64,000 bases of DNA, from positions 62,001-126,000 of IMG/VR virus record IMGVR_UViG_3300025869_002060; one strand, written 5' to 3'. The position numbers and the translations under genes are program-made. Shown here in pieces: positions 47,783-57,100 of this stretch; the stretch's first letter is position 1, and each line of letters opens with the position of its first letter. The notes beneath the pieces were generated by a model, which searched no databases, had not been told where the DNA came from, and was given only the letters and a program-made list of their open reading frames with translations.

Positions 47783-48010
47783 ATGGCAAAAGATGAAAAA
47801 CTGACAGTATCAGGTGAAATCACAGATATTTTACCAAATACTATGTTTAAAGTTAAGTTACTAGAAGAAAATCTGAATCACGAAATAATTGCATACTTAG
47901 GAGGAAAATTACGTCAACATAATATTAAAATCATACAAGGTGATATAGTTGATGTTGAAATGACTCCATACGATTTGTCGAAAGGTCGTATTGTATATCG
48001 AAACAAATGA
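47783..48010 (+). CDS. infA: Translation initiation factor IF-1
   Basis: [57 protein letters not shown]. Confidence 0.96.
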   Translation: MAKDEKLTVSGEITDILPNTMFKVKLLEENLNHEIIAYLGGKLRQHNIKIIQGDIVDVEMTPYDLSKGRIVYRNK

Positions 48011-48036
48011 TATTAATAGAGTTGATAAATAGTTGC

Positions 48037-48594
48037 ATGTCCGATGATATTATAAAAAAATCTATACAAATAGTTGAACGTAGCGAACGCCCGCAGATGT
48101 CTGTGTTTAAGCCTCGTTATAGTGTTCCTTATGGGCTAAGTCCAATTACAAGTAGTTCAACTCTTGACAACCATTATAATAAACTTTATAAAGGTTATGT
48201 TGACAAATATAACAAAGGTATCAATGTTGGCACTAATAAAGCCGGTGCTTATTTGCACGAAAAATGGTTTGAACAATTTAGACCTCGTAGACAAGTTAAT
48301 AGACCCTCTGGCAAAATACTAGACTTAGTTAACAGACACTACGGAAGTATGAAAGACTTCAAAGATGCTCTTGTTGATGAGTGCCAAAAAGTATATGGAA
48401 GTGGTTGGGTTTATGTTAATCGCAATATGAAAATTAAACAAATACGCAATCATAGAATTCCACCAGATGGAATTATTTTAATAGTAGACATGTGGGAACA
48501 TGCATGGGTAAGAGATTACGGATCTAATAAAAAACAGTATGTACAAAATCTTTGGAAACTGTTTGATTGGACTGTAATTAATGCTAGGACATAA
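48037..48594 (+). CDS. Fe/Mn superoxide dismutase-like protein
   Basis: LSP..S..TLDNHY.KLYKGYV, YLHEKWF, YGSGW, DMWEHAW; start set at the TAAATA-N5-ATG. Confidence 0.82.
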   Translation: MSDDIIKKSIQIVERSERPQMSVFKPRYSVPYGLSPITSSSTLDNHYNKLYKGYVDKYNKGINVGTNKAGAYLHEKWFEQFRPRRQVNRPSGKILDLVNRHYGSMKDFKDALVDECQKVYGSGWVYVNRNMKIKQIRNHRIPPDGIILIVDMWEHAWVRDYGSNKKQYVQNLWKLFDWTVINART

Positions 48595-48917
48595 TGATTA
48601 CAATAAATGAAGTTGGAGCCGTACGGGTTCAACAATTACAAAAAGAACAAGATAAACCAGATAGTCCGCTAAGAGTCTTTATTCAAGGCGGCGGTTGTTC
48701 AGGATTTCAATATGGACTTGAACTTGATAATACAATTACCGACGAAGATGACGTATTCGAAAGTAATGGTATAAAACTGGTGGTAGACCGCGTAAGTCAA
48801 CTGTACTTGTTTGGCAGTGAAATTATATTTAAAAATGAATTGGGCGGGTACTCATACTCTTTAGAGAACCCAAATGCGGCCAGTGGTTGTAGTTGCGGAT
48901 CTAGCTTTTCTGTTTAA
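48594..48917 (+). CDS. A-type Fe-S carrier (HesB/IscA/ErpA family)
   Basis: LRVFIQGGGCSGFQY, NPNA..GCSCGSSF. Confidence 0.93.
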   Translation: MITINEVGAVRVQQLQKEQDKPDSPLRVFIQGGGCSGFQYGLELDNTITDEDDVFESNGIKLVVDRVSQLYLFGSEIIFKNELGGYSYSLENPNAASGCSCGSSFSV

Positions 48918-48921
48918 AATA

Positions 48922-48969
48922 TTCGTTATACATTGCTAAATACTGTATAATATACCTACGTATAACGAA
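48922..48969 (+). promoter_or_regulatory. Inverted repeat enclosing the late promoter of the fibre gene
   Basis: TTCGTTATAC (48922-48931) / GTATAACGAA (48960-48969) with TAAATA at 48937-48942 between them. Confidence 0.6.
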
Positions 48970-48985
48970 ATTAGGATGAGAAAAG

Positions 48986-51900
48986 ATGCCGTTTACTAAC
49001 ATTAATACCAGCCCTGGATCAGGTGATTCATTAAAAGCCGCTTTTGACATTGTTAATGCAAACTTCGATCAAATCGAAGATGGTACGTACACTATCACTT
49101 CATCTGCTCCAATCAGTACAGTAGCAGGTAGAACTGGAGATGTTGTACTAACTGTTGGAGACATAACAGGTGCCGCGAGCACCGGATATGTCGATGGTGT
49201 AGTTGCAGGAATAAATGCCGTAACAGAAGGAACTGTTGATAGCAAAATTACACTTGCTATAAACAATTTACTTGACGGGGCACCAGCCGCGTTAGATACA
49301 CTAGCAGAACTAGCTACTGCAATCGGAAACGATGCAGATGTAGCAAACACATTAACTGGACAAATATCAAGTTTAAATACTACAGTTACCAACAACAACA
49401 ATACATTAACCGCAGAAATCAACTTAATTAACGGTAAACTTACAGCATCAGGCATCGGTGCTGGAGGTGATATATCCGCCGCAACAATTACAGCAACAAC
49501 AGAATTCGTAGGTAACCTAACAGGAAACGTAACAGGTAATACAGCAGGAGTACACACTGGTGCAGTAACTGGTGCAGTAACAGGTAATGTTACAGGAAAC
49601 TTAACTGGCAACTCTGCAGGAGTACATACAGGTGCAGTAGTTGGAGATGTTACAGGTGACTTAACAGGTGATGTAACTGGTAACGTAACAGGTAATGTAA
49701 CTGGCAACTTAACAGGTGATGTAACGTCAGGCGGAACAAGTACATTTACTACAGTTGATATCAATGGAGGTGCCATTGATGGTGCAATTATTGGTGCTAA
49801 CTCAGCCGCGGCAATTACAGGTACTACTATAACAGCAACAGGCTTTGTAGGTCCAATCACAGGAAATGTAACAGGTAATACCGCAGGAGTACATACAGGT
49901 GCAGTAGTTGGAGATGTTACAGGTGATATAACAGGTAACTCAACTGGAACACATACTGGTACAGTAATTGGTAATGTAACTGGTAATGTTACAGGTAACG
50001 TAACTGGTCAAGTTAGTCTTCTTGATAACCACTCAACAAACGGACTAACAGAAGGTGGAAATAATCTTTACTATACAGACGCCAGAGCTGATGCACGTAT
50101 AGGTGCCGCAGATATAAGTGCATTATCAGATGTACACACAACAGCGGCCACTGACGGTCAAATACTTGCATGGGATAATGCAAACAGTCGTTGGGCACCT
50201 GCTAACAATCCAGACACAGTTTATACAACTTTTGCGTCAGACTTTGATACAAGACTTGGAACTAAAACAACCGCTAACCTAACAGAAAACACAAACTTAT
50301 ATTATACAGATGCAAGAGTTGACAGCCACCTAAGTGGCGGAACAGGCGTTACGTACAATGCTGGTGCTATCAGTATTGGACAGTCTGTAGGAACAGGTGA
50401 TAATGTAACATTTAATAATACTACAATCACTGGAAACTTAACAGTAAACGGAACTACTACAACTATCAATGCAACTGATTTAAGTGTAACAGATTTAAAT
50501 ATTACAGTGGCCAAAGATGCCGCTGATGCAACTGCGGCAAACGGTGCAGGACTGACAGTTGCCGGTGCAAGTGCTACATTAACATATGTTAGTGCATCTG
50601 ACTCTTGGGCAATGAACAAAAATTTAAGTGCTAACGTAGTTGGAAACTTAACAGGAAATGTAACAGGTAATACCGCAGGAGTACATACAGGAAATGTAAC
50701 TGGAGATGTAACTGGTAATACAGCAGGAGTACATACAGGAAATGTAACTGGAGATGTAACTGGAAATGTAACAGGTAATACAGCAGGAGTACATACAGGT
50801 GCCGTAACAGGTGATGTAACTGGTGATGTTACAGGTGCAGTAACTGGTAATGTTACAGGAAACTTAACAGGTAATGTAACCGGAACAGTTTCAAGTATTG
50901 CTAATTTTACTACTGCTAACCTAACAGAAAACACAAACTTATATTATACAGATGCTAGAGCAGATGCACGTATAGGTGCATCATCAATAAATGCTTTGTC
51001 TGATGTTAATACCACAGGCGCCGCAAATAATAAAATTTTAAAGTATAACGGTACAAACTGGGTAGTAGCAGACGAAACCGCAGGATTAACAAACACTGAT
51101 GGATTAGCAGAAGGTACAACTAACCTTTACTACACAGATGCTAGAGCAGACGCTAGAGTAGCTGGTTGGTTGGCAACCGCAACGTCAGATAATATACCCG
51201 AAGGTACAACAAGTTTATATGCCACCAATGGCAATTTAGATACCTATCTTGCTACTAAAAATACTGCTAATTTAGCTGAAGGGTCAAACCTTTATTATAC
51301 CGATGCAAGAGCAGATGCAAGAATTGGAGCCGCAGTATTAAGTGCATTGTCAGATGTGCATACAACCGTAGCAACAGATGGACAAGTTTTAACTTGGGAT
51401 AATGCTAATACTAGATGGGCACCAGCAACACCAGGCGGAAGTGCTAATGTAGGTAACTTTACATTTACTAGTAATACAATAGCAGTAACTGATGCCAATG
51501 GCGGAATTACAATTGATGCTAACGGCAATGGTGAAATTGTAATGGGTGATAATGTTGGTATTAACAATACCAACCCAGGTGTTTGGTTGCATGTTGGTAA
51601 CCAAGGAGACTTAACAGAAACTGGTAGTATTGCGATTGCATATGGAGATGTAACTCAAGTACAAGAAAGTAAAACACAAGGTGGTGAAGCATTACTTACA
51701 TGGGATTGGTCAAACGGAGTTTCAGCAGGTAGCAACGTAGACGGAACTAACCATGCAATATTTGGAATTTACAATGGTGCGTTAGCACAACCTTTTATTA
51801 CGTTTGATAGACCAAGTGCAGGTAGATCAAGTCCATTACACATTGATGAAACTGGTAATGCAACATTTAAAGATGATATTATTCTTAGCCAACCTGCAGA

Positions 51901-53122
51901 AATAAAATTCCAAGACGGAGACAAGTCAAACTATGTTGGATTTACCGCTCCGGTTACTGTAGGAGCCAATGTTGTTTGGACACTTCCAAACACAGACGGA
52001 ACACCAGGACAATACCTAATAACAGATGGATCCGGAGCACTTAGTTGGGCCGCAGGACTAGCATCAGGATTAGCCGCAACAGATTTAAGTGTTACTGTCG
52101 CAAGTGTAGGTACCGCAGGATTAACATATGATAACGCAGGTGTGTTTACATATACTCCGCCAGACCTAAGCACATATTTAACAAGTGTTCCAGCACAAAC
52201 TTTTGCTAGTTTAACTGGCAAACCAACTACAATAGCAGGTTATGGAATTACTGATGCATTGGCATTGGGTACAACTAGTACAACAGCTTTAGCAGGTGAT
52301 ACTGCACTACTAGCATTGGGTACAACTAGTACAACAGCTTTAGCAGGTGATACAGCTATTCCTAGTGCATTAACAGATTTAGGAATTACAGACGGTACCG
52401 CAGGACAACAACTAACAACAGATGGTAGTGGAAACTTTACTTTCCAAGCCGCTGGTAGTGGTAGCGGTATTGCACTAACTGATCTAAGTGTTACAACTGG
52501 CTCAGCAAGTAGCGGTGGAACACTAGCTTATGATAACTCCACTGGAGTGTTTAGTTTTGCACCAGCAGACACGTCAACATTTATTACAGCAACTTCAACT
52601 AATACACTCACAAATAAAACAATGGGTGCTACTACAATGGGTGGGCATCTAATTCCAGATTCCGATGCCGCATACGATTTTGGTAATGCAACTAACAAAA
52701 TTAGACATTTGTTCCTGAGCAATAACAGTATTAAATTTGGAGATTCTGAACTAGCCTTGGGCGTTGATGTTACAGCAGGTACTATTCAGTTTAACACACA
52801 TACTATTGCAACAAGTACTACTGAAGTTAACGATACGCCAGGTGCTCTTGACATTACAAAACGCAATCATTTTGTTACCCCAGGTGTAAATTACACACTA
52901 GCAGATGGAACTTATACAGGTCAAGAATTGCATATATGGAAATCAGGACTTGCTACTGGTGTTTGTGATATTACAATAGCAAATGCAATACATACCAATG
53001 CCGGCGATGTTACAGCGGCAGTAGCCGCCTTTGTTTGGAGACTAACAGGTGCTCAAGGTAGATTCAGTTGCATATGGAACGGAACACAATGGATTATTGG
53101 AGACGGTGGAATTGCCGCTTAA
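48986..53122 (+). CDS. Long tail-fibre-like protein with G[ND]VT tetrapeptide and NLYYTDARADAR repeats
   Basis: N-terminal GSGDSLKAAF..VNANF, APAALDTLAELA.A, many GxVT repeats, FASLTGKPTTIAGYGITD, HLIP..D.AYDFG. Confidence 0.85.
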   Translation: MPFTNINTSPGSGDSLKAAFDIVNANFDQIEDGTYTITSSAPISTVAGRTGDVVLTVGDITGAASTGYVDGVVAGINAVTEGTVDSKITLAINNLLDGAPAALDTLAELATAIGNDADVANTLTGQISSLNTTVTNNNNTLTAEINLINGKLTASGIGAGGDISAATITATTEFVGNLTGNVTGNTAGVHTGAVTGAVTGNVTGNLTGNSAGVHTGAVVGDVTGDLTGDVTGNVTGNVTGNLTGDVTSGGTSTFTTVDINGGAIDGAIIGANSAAAITGTTITATGFVGPITGNVTGNTAGVHTGAVVGDVTGDITGNSTGTHTGTVIGNVTGNVTGNVTGQVSLLDNHSTNGLTEGGNNLYYTDARADARIGAADISALSDVHTTAATDGQILAWDNANSRWAPANNPDTVYTTFASDFDTRLGTKTTANLTENTNLYYTDARVDSHLSGGTGVTYNAGAISIGQSVGTGDNVTFNNTTITGNLTVNGTTTTINATDLSVTDLNITVAKDAADATAANGAGLTVAGASATLTYVSASDSWAMNKNLSANVVGNLTGNVTGNTAGVHTGNVTGDVTGNTAGVHTGNVTGDVTGNVTGNTAGVHTGAVTGDVTGDVTGAVTGNVTGNLTGNVTGTVSSIANFTTANLTENTNLYYTDARADARIGASSINALSDVNTTGAANNKILKYNGTNWVVADETAGLTNTDGLAEGTTNLYYTDARADARVAGWLATATSDNIPEGTTSLYATNGNLDTYLATKNTANLAEGSNLYYTDARADARIGAAVLSALSDVHTTVATDGQVLTWDNANTRWAPATPGGSANVGNFTFTSNTIAVTDANGGITIDANGNGEIVMGDNVGINNTNPGVWLHVGNQGDLTETGSIAIAYGDVTQVQESKTQGGEALLTWDWSNGVSAGSNVDGTNHAIFGIYNGALAQPFITFDRPSAGRSSPLHIDETGNATFKDDIILSQPAEIKFQDGDKSNYVGFTAPVTVGANVVWTLPNTDGTPGQYLITDGSGALSWAAGLASGLAATDLSVTVASVGTAGLTYDNAGVFTYTPPDLSTYLTSVPAQTFASLTGKPTTIAGYGITDALALGTTSTTALAGDTALLALGTTSTTALAGDTAIPSALTDLGITDGTAGQQLTTDGSGNFTFQAAGSGSGIALTDLSVTTGSASSGGTLAYDNSTGVFSFAPADTSTFITATSTNTLTNKTMGATTMGGHLIPDSDAAYDFGNATNKIRHLFLSNNSIKFGDSELALGVDVTAGTIQFNTHTIATSTTEVNDTPGALDITKRNHFVTPGVNYTLADGTYTGQELHIWKSGLATGVCDITIANAIHTNAGDVTAAVAAFVWRLTGAQGRFSCIWNGTQWIIGDGGIAA
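50273..50955 (+). repeat. Exact 41-bp direct repeat pair (starts 50273 and 50915) flanking a tandem GGAGTACATACAGG-containing array
   Basis: GCTAACCTAACAGAAAACACAAACTTATATTATACAGATGC twice; GNTAGVHT units repeated at ~50660-50800. Confidence 0.8.
52262..52353 (+). repeat. Tandem duplication, 41 bp exact, period 51 bp
   Basis: GCATTGGGTACAACTAGTACAACAGCTTTAGCAGGTGATAC at 52262 and 52313 (ALGTTSTTALAGDT x2). Confidence 0.88.
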
Positions 53123-53156
53123 TAACATGATAAATACTGTAAGGAAAGATTAAAAT

Positions 53157-54137
53157 ATGCCTAGTTTAGATACAATTAATATTGGTGCCTCAGCAAACGA
53201 TGGGTCCGGCGATAGCATACGTGAAGCATTTAGTAAAGCACGTAATAATTTTAACACAATTGAAACTACTTTAGTTCCAACTCTAATTAGTACGGCCGTT
53301 GCTAATATTAGTGCAACTTTCTCAGGCGGTACAATTACTAACGACACTAGTTTTACTTCAGCAACCAATGCAACTAACTCAACATCAGGTGCGTTACAAG
53401 TAACTGGTGGTGTTGGCGTAGGTGGAGATGCATTCTTTGCAAACAACTTAACTGCTACAACGATTAATTCATCTTCGTATACAGCAACTGGAACAGTTAC
53501 AGCAAATGCTTTTGCTGGCCCAATTAACGGAGCAGTCGGTGGAACAACACCAGCCGCTGGTGCGTTTACAACTATTACATCTAGTTCTGGATATACAGGT
53601 ACAGTAACTGGAGCAGTGACAGGAGACGTAACTGGCAATTTAACAGGTAACGTAACAGGTAACGTAACTGGTGACTTAACTGGCAGTTCAACTGGTGCTC
53701 ATGATGGTACAGTTGGAGCAACTACACCAGCAACAGGTGCATTTACAAATGTAACTGCCACAGGAACTGTTACAGCTCAAACTGGAATGACTGCTACTAC
53801 AGGTAACATTCGAGTATTAAACGGAAACTTGTATTGTTTAACAACTGGTACCGGAGACGGTAGAATTGAAACAACTGTTTTTGTATCAGGCTTTGGAGCT
53901 TTTAGACGTGGACAAATTGGACAGTCAGGCGGAAGTGGCGATCCTAGTAATCCAAACAATTTTGCAATTTATACAGAAGACGGCAACTTAATAGTTAAAA
54001 CTAATAGTATTCCAAGTAGTGCAACTGATACCGGCACTGAAGGTGAAGTTATTATTGGCACCGACTCTGGAACAACATATATCTATTATTGTACTGCCGC
54101 AAACACTTGGGTACGTAGTGCTTTCGCTACTTGGTAA
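53157..54137 (+). CDS. Short fibre / baseplate-attached protein
   Basis: INIGASANDGSGDSIREAFSK.RNNF N-terminus, GxVT repeats, C-terminal YIYYCTAANTWVRSAFATW; TAAATA at 53131. Confidence 0.82.
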   Translation: MPSLDTINIGASANDGSGDSIREAFSKARNNFNTIETTLVPTLISTAVANISATFSGGTITNDTSFTSATNATNSTSGALQVTGGVGVGGDAFFANNLTATTINSSSYTATGTVTANAFAGPINGAVGGTTPAAGAFTTITSSSGYTGTVTGAVTGDVTGNLTGNVTGNVTGDLTGSSTGAHDGTVGATTPATGAFTNVTATGTVTAQTGMTATTGNIRVLNGNLYCLTTGTGDGRIETTVFVSGFGAFRRGQIGQSGGSGDPSNPNNFAIYTEDGNLIVKTNSIPSSATDTGTEGEVIIGTDSGTTYIYYCTAANTWVRSAFATW

Positions 54138-54147
54138 GGAATAGATA

Positions 54148-57100
54148 ATGGCAATCGGTGAAGTTGCACGACATAAGTGGATAACACAAGGTGGAGATAT
54201 CGGGACTGTTCCTGAACTTGAGTTCATTGACATTCCGCTTGAAGTTACCAATCCAACTCAAGACAATATTATATTTGATTTAATTAGTGGTGAGTTGCCT
54301 CCTGGTGTGCAAATTGAACGTATGCCTGGTGCAATTCAAGGTGTTCCTGTTGTACTGGATCCATTACCAGTTGACGAAGCAAGAACATATCGTTTTAGTA
54401 TTAGAGCTTCATCAACCTCAGGCATTGTTACAGACAGAAGTTTTGAAATAACTGTTACTAACTTATTTCCTCCTTATATTACTCCTCGTACTGCCAACCT
54501 TGGTACAGTATTTGATGGAACATATTATAAGAAACAACTAAGTGCTACAGAACCAAACCCAAATGCAGTATTGAATTGGACTGTAGCAAGTGGGCAACTA
54601 CCACCAGGCATTACACTGAGTTCAAGCGGATTAATTAGTGGATATATTACAATTGAGTCCACTGATGCAGACAATGTTATTCCGGGTTACGATGCACAGA
54701 GTTCAGGTGGATCAGTAGCATTTTATGATGTAGCCGGTTGGGATACTTTAGGTCGCAGTAGAAATAGAAAATATACTTTTACTGTACAAGTATCTGATGG
54801 AAGCAGTGTTGATAGTTTAACTTATCAACTTGGTATTGCAAGTAAAATATTATTCACAGCAGACCAGGATCATACATCTATTAGCGGTAGTGCAGAACAA
54901 CCAATTGCTATTAGTGCAGACAACGACGAACTCTCAATAGATGCTGACAACAGATACGTTCCGGTTATTACAACTCCTCCAGCAAGTTTACCACAAGTTA
55001 GACAAGAAAACTTCTTTGCATATAAATTTGATGCATTGGACTTTGAGGGAGACCCAATTGAGTTCCAATTTAGATTGGCTGAGGGCGGAAGTTTTGATCA
55101 AGGTGGCGGTGCTATATTTGGTTGGAAAGATCCACGCAACGGTAATGGTGTCACTGGACAATTTGAACCCAACGAAGGCAGAGCAAAAAACAACCCACGT
55201 ACAGTACAGTATTTTGATACTGATGAACATGAACTAGCATATAACTTAATTACAGAAAATTATCCAGTAGGAAGTCAATTTGATATTATAGGTGTATGGT
55301 ATGAAACCGACGCCGGTGTTGTTACTATATTTGAAGAAGGTGTTGACTTTACTGTTAACGTAACCAACACATTGGTTACAGTAACTGATCCTGCTGATGT
55401 TCCAGACAATGGACGTCTTGCAGTTGACTTTTATATTATATTACCAGACAATACATTTGGTGTTGGTAGCGGATTAGACGAAGGACTTTATGATCAAAGT
55501 GAAAGCAAACTTCCACCAACATTAACAATTGATGCCAATGGCTGGCTTAATGGTTATGTTGATCCTCAAGTTGAAGATAGAAAAGTATACGAATTTATTA
55601 TTTCTGCTAACAAAATAGAAGATGCAACATACGAAAGTGCTCCTGTACAATTTGCTTTAACAATATTAGGTAGTTTAACTGATACAATTACTTGGGTAAC
55701 TCCAACAGACTTGGGTTCACTTATTCCAGGTGAAGTAAGTCAGTTGAGTGTACAAGCAACCAGTGCCAACGGACAGGCAATTACATATAGTATTGAAGAA
55801 GACACAAAAGTTAATACACCACAAGGTTTAAGTTTAGATATATTACCAAATGGGTTTATTAGTGGACGTACCTCGTTTAGAACATTTCAAATGGATTCAG
55901 GTGTAGTTACATTTGATAAAGGTAAAACTCTTTTTGATAATAAATACGAGTTCACTGTAACTGCTACCACTGTAGACGGATTAGTTAGTAGTAACAGAAC
56001 ATTTACTCTGCGTCTAAATCCACGTTACACAAGACCATATGAAAACTTGTATCTGAAAGCATTGCCAACACAAGCACAAAGACAATCATTCTTGGATATT
56101 GTAAACAACCAAGCAATATTCCCAGACAACTTGATATTCAGAAAAGAAGATCCATGGTTTGGTAGAGCTAAAACTATTAAGTTCCTTGCACTTGCTGGAG
56201 TTAATCCAAGCACACTTGCAAGTTATACCGAAGCCATTGACAAAAACCATTACACTAAAAAGATTGATTTTGGTAAAGTAAAAACAGCGAGAGCAGTTGA
56301 TGAGTTCTACAACGTAAAATACGAAGTAGTATATGTTGAAGTTGAAGATCCGCAAAACATCAATGATACTGATGTTACTTTGTCAAACAAAGTTGGAACA
56401 ATAACTCCGCCAATGGGAGGACAGTTCTTCCTTGACAGTGAACAGCCAACAATTAACAAATACATTGACGAACAGGGTGTGGAATACGATACTATCTATC
56501 CTAATACATTTGAAAATATGAATACTAGAGTTATCAATTCATTGGGCTATAGTGCTAGAGGTGTATTCCCAGACTGGATGTTAAGTGTACAAGAAGATAA
56601 AACAGTAATTGGATTTAAACGTGCGGTGGTATTGGCTTATACAGTACCGGGTGCAAGTAAGTTAATTGCTTATAGATTAAAAAGTAATAACGTAAGTTTC
56701 AGCAAAATTGAATTTGTTGTAGACAGATACCAACTTGATAACGTACTGAGTAAAAACTTTGACATTCCGCAAAACCAGTTTCTACCAAGTGAAGAAACAA
56801 CCTATGATAGACTATTAATTGGCCCAGGTGAACTACAATACCCAGTTACATATGCTGTTGAACAATCATTCGATAGTATTCATTTAAGAACCAAAGCATA
56901 TATTAATGATAACCAAGCCGCCAATCCTTTATTACCTCCAGGAATTGATGGTACTAAGAATTACAAACATGGCGAAACTCTTATCTTTGCTAAACAGGAA
57001 GGTTTTGCTAATGTAGCAAGTCCTGATACAGATGGATGGGTCGAATATCAAAACTTATTTGTTGGTGATATTCCAGGAGATGGAATTGAAAGTGAAGCCG

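Noticed and set aside
49500-50900. Repeated GCAGGAGTACATACAGG units as a possible CRISPR array or DGR template
   Set aside because: The units are in-frame coding repeats with irregular, non-unique spacers; no cas or reverse transcriptase gene and no adenine-specific variation.
49069-53638. Long antisense ORFs (49069-49860, 50302-50934, 53150-53638) rich in PVT repeats
   Set aside because: They are shadows of the GxVT-repeat fibre genes; the codon pattern leaves the opposite frame stop-free, and I saw no supporting SD or promoter.
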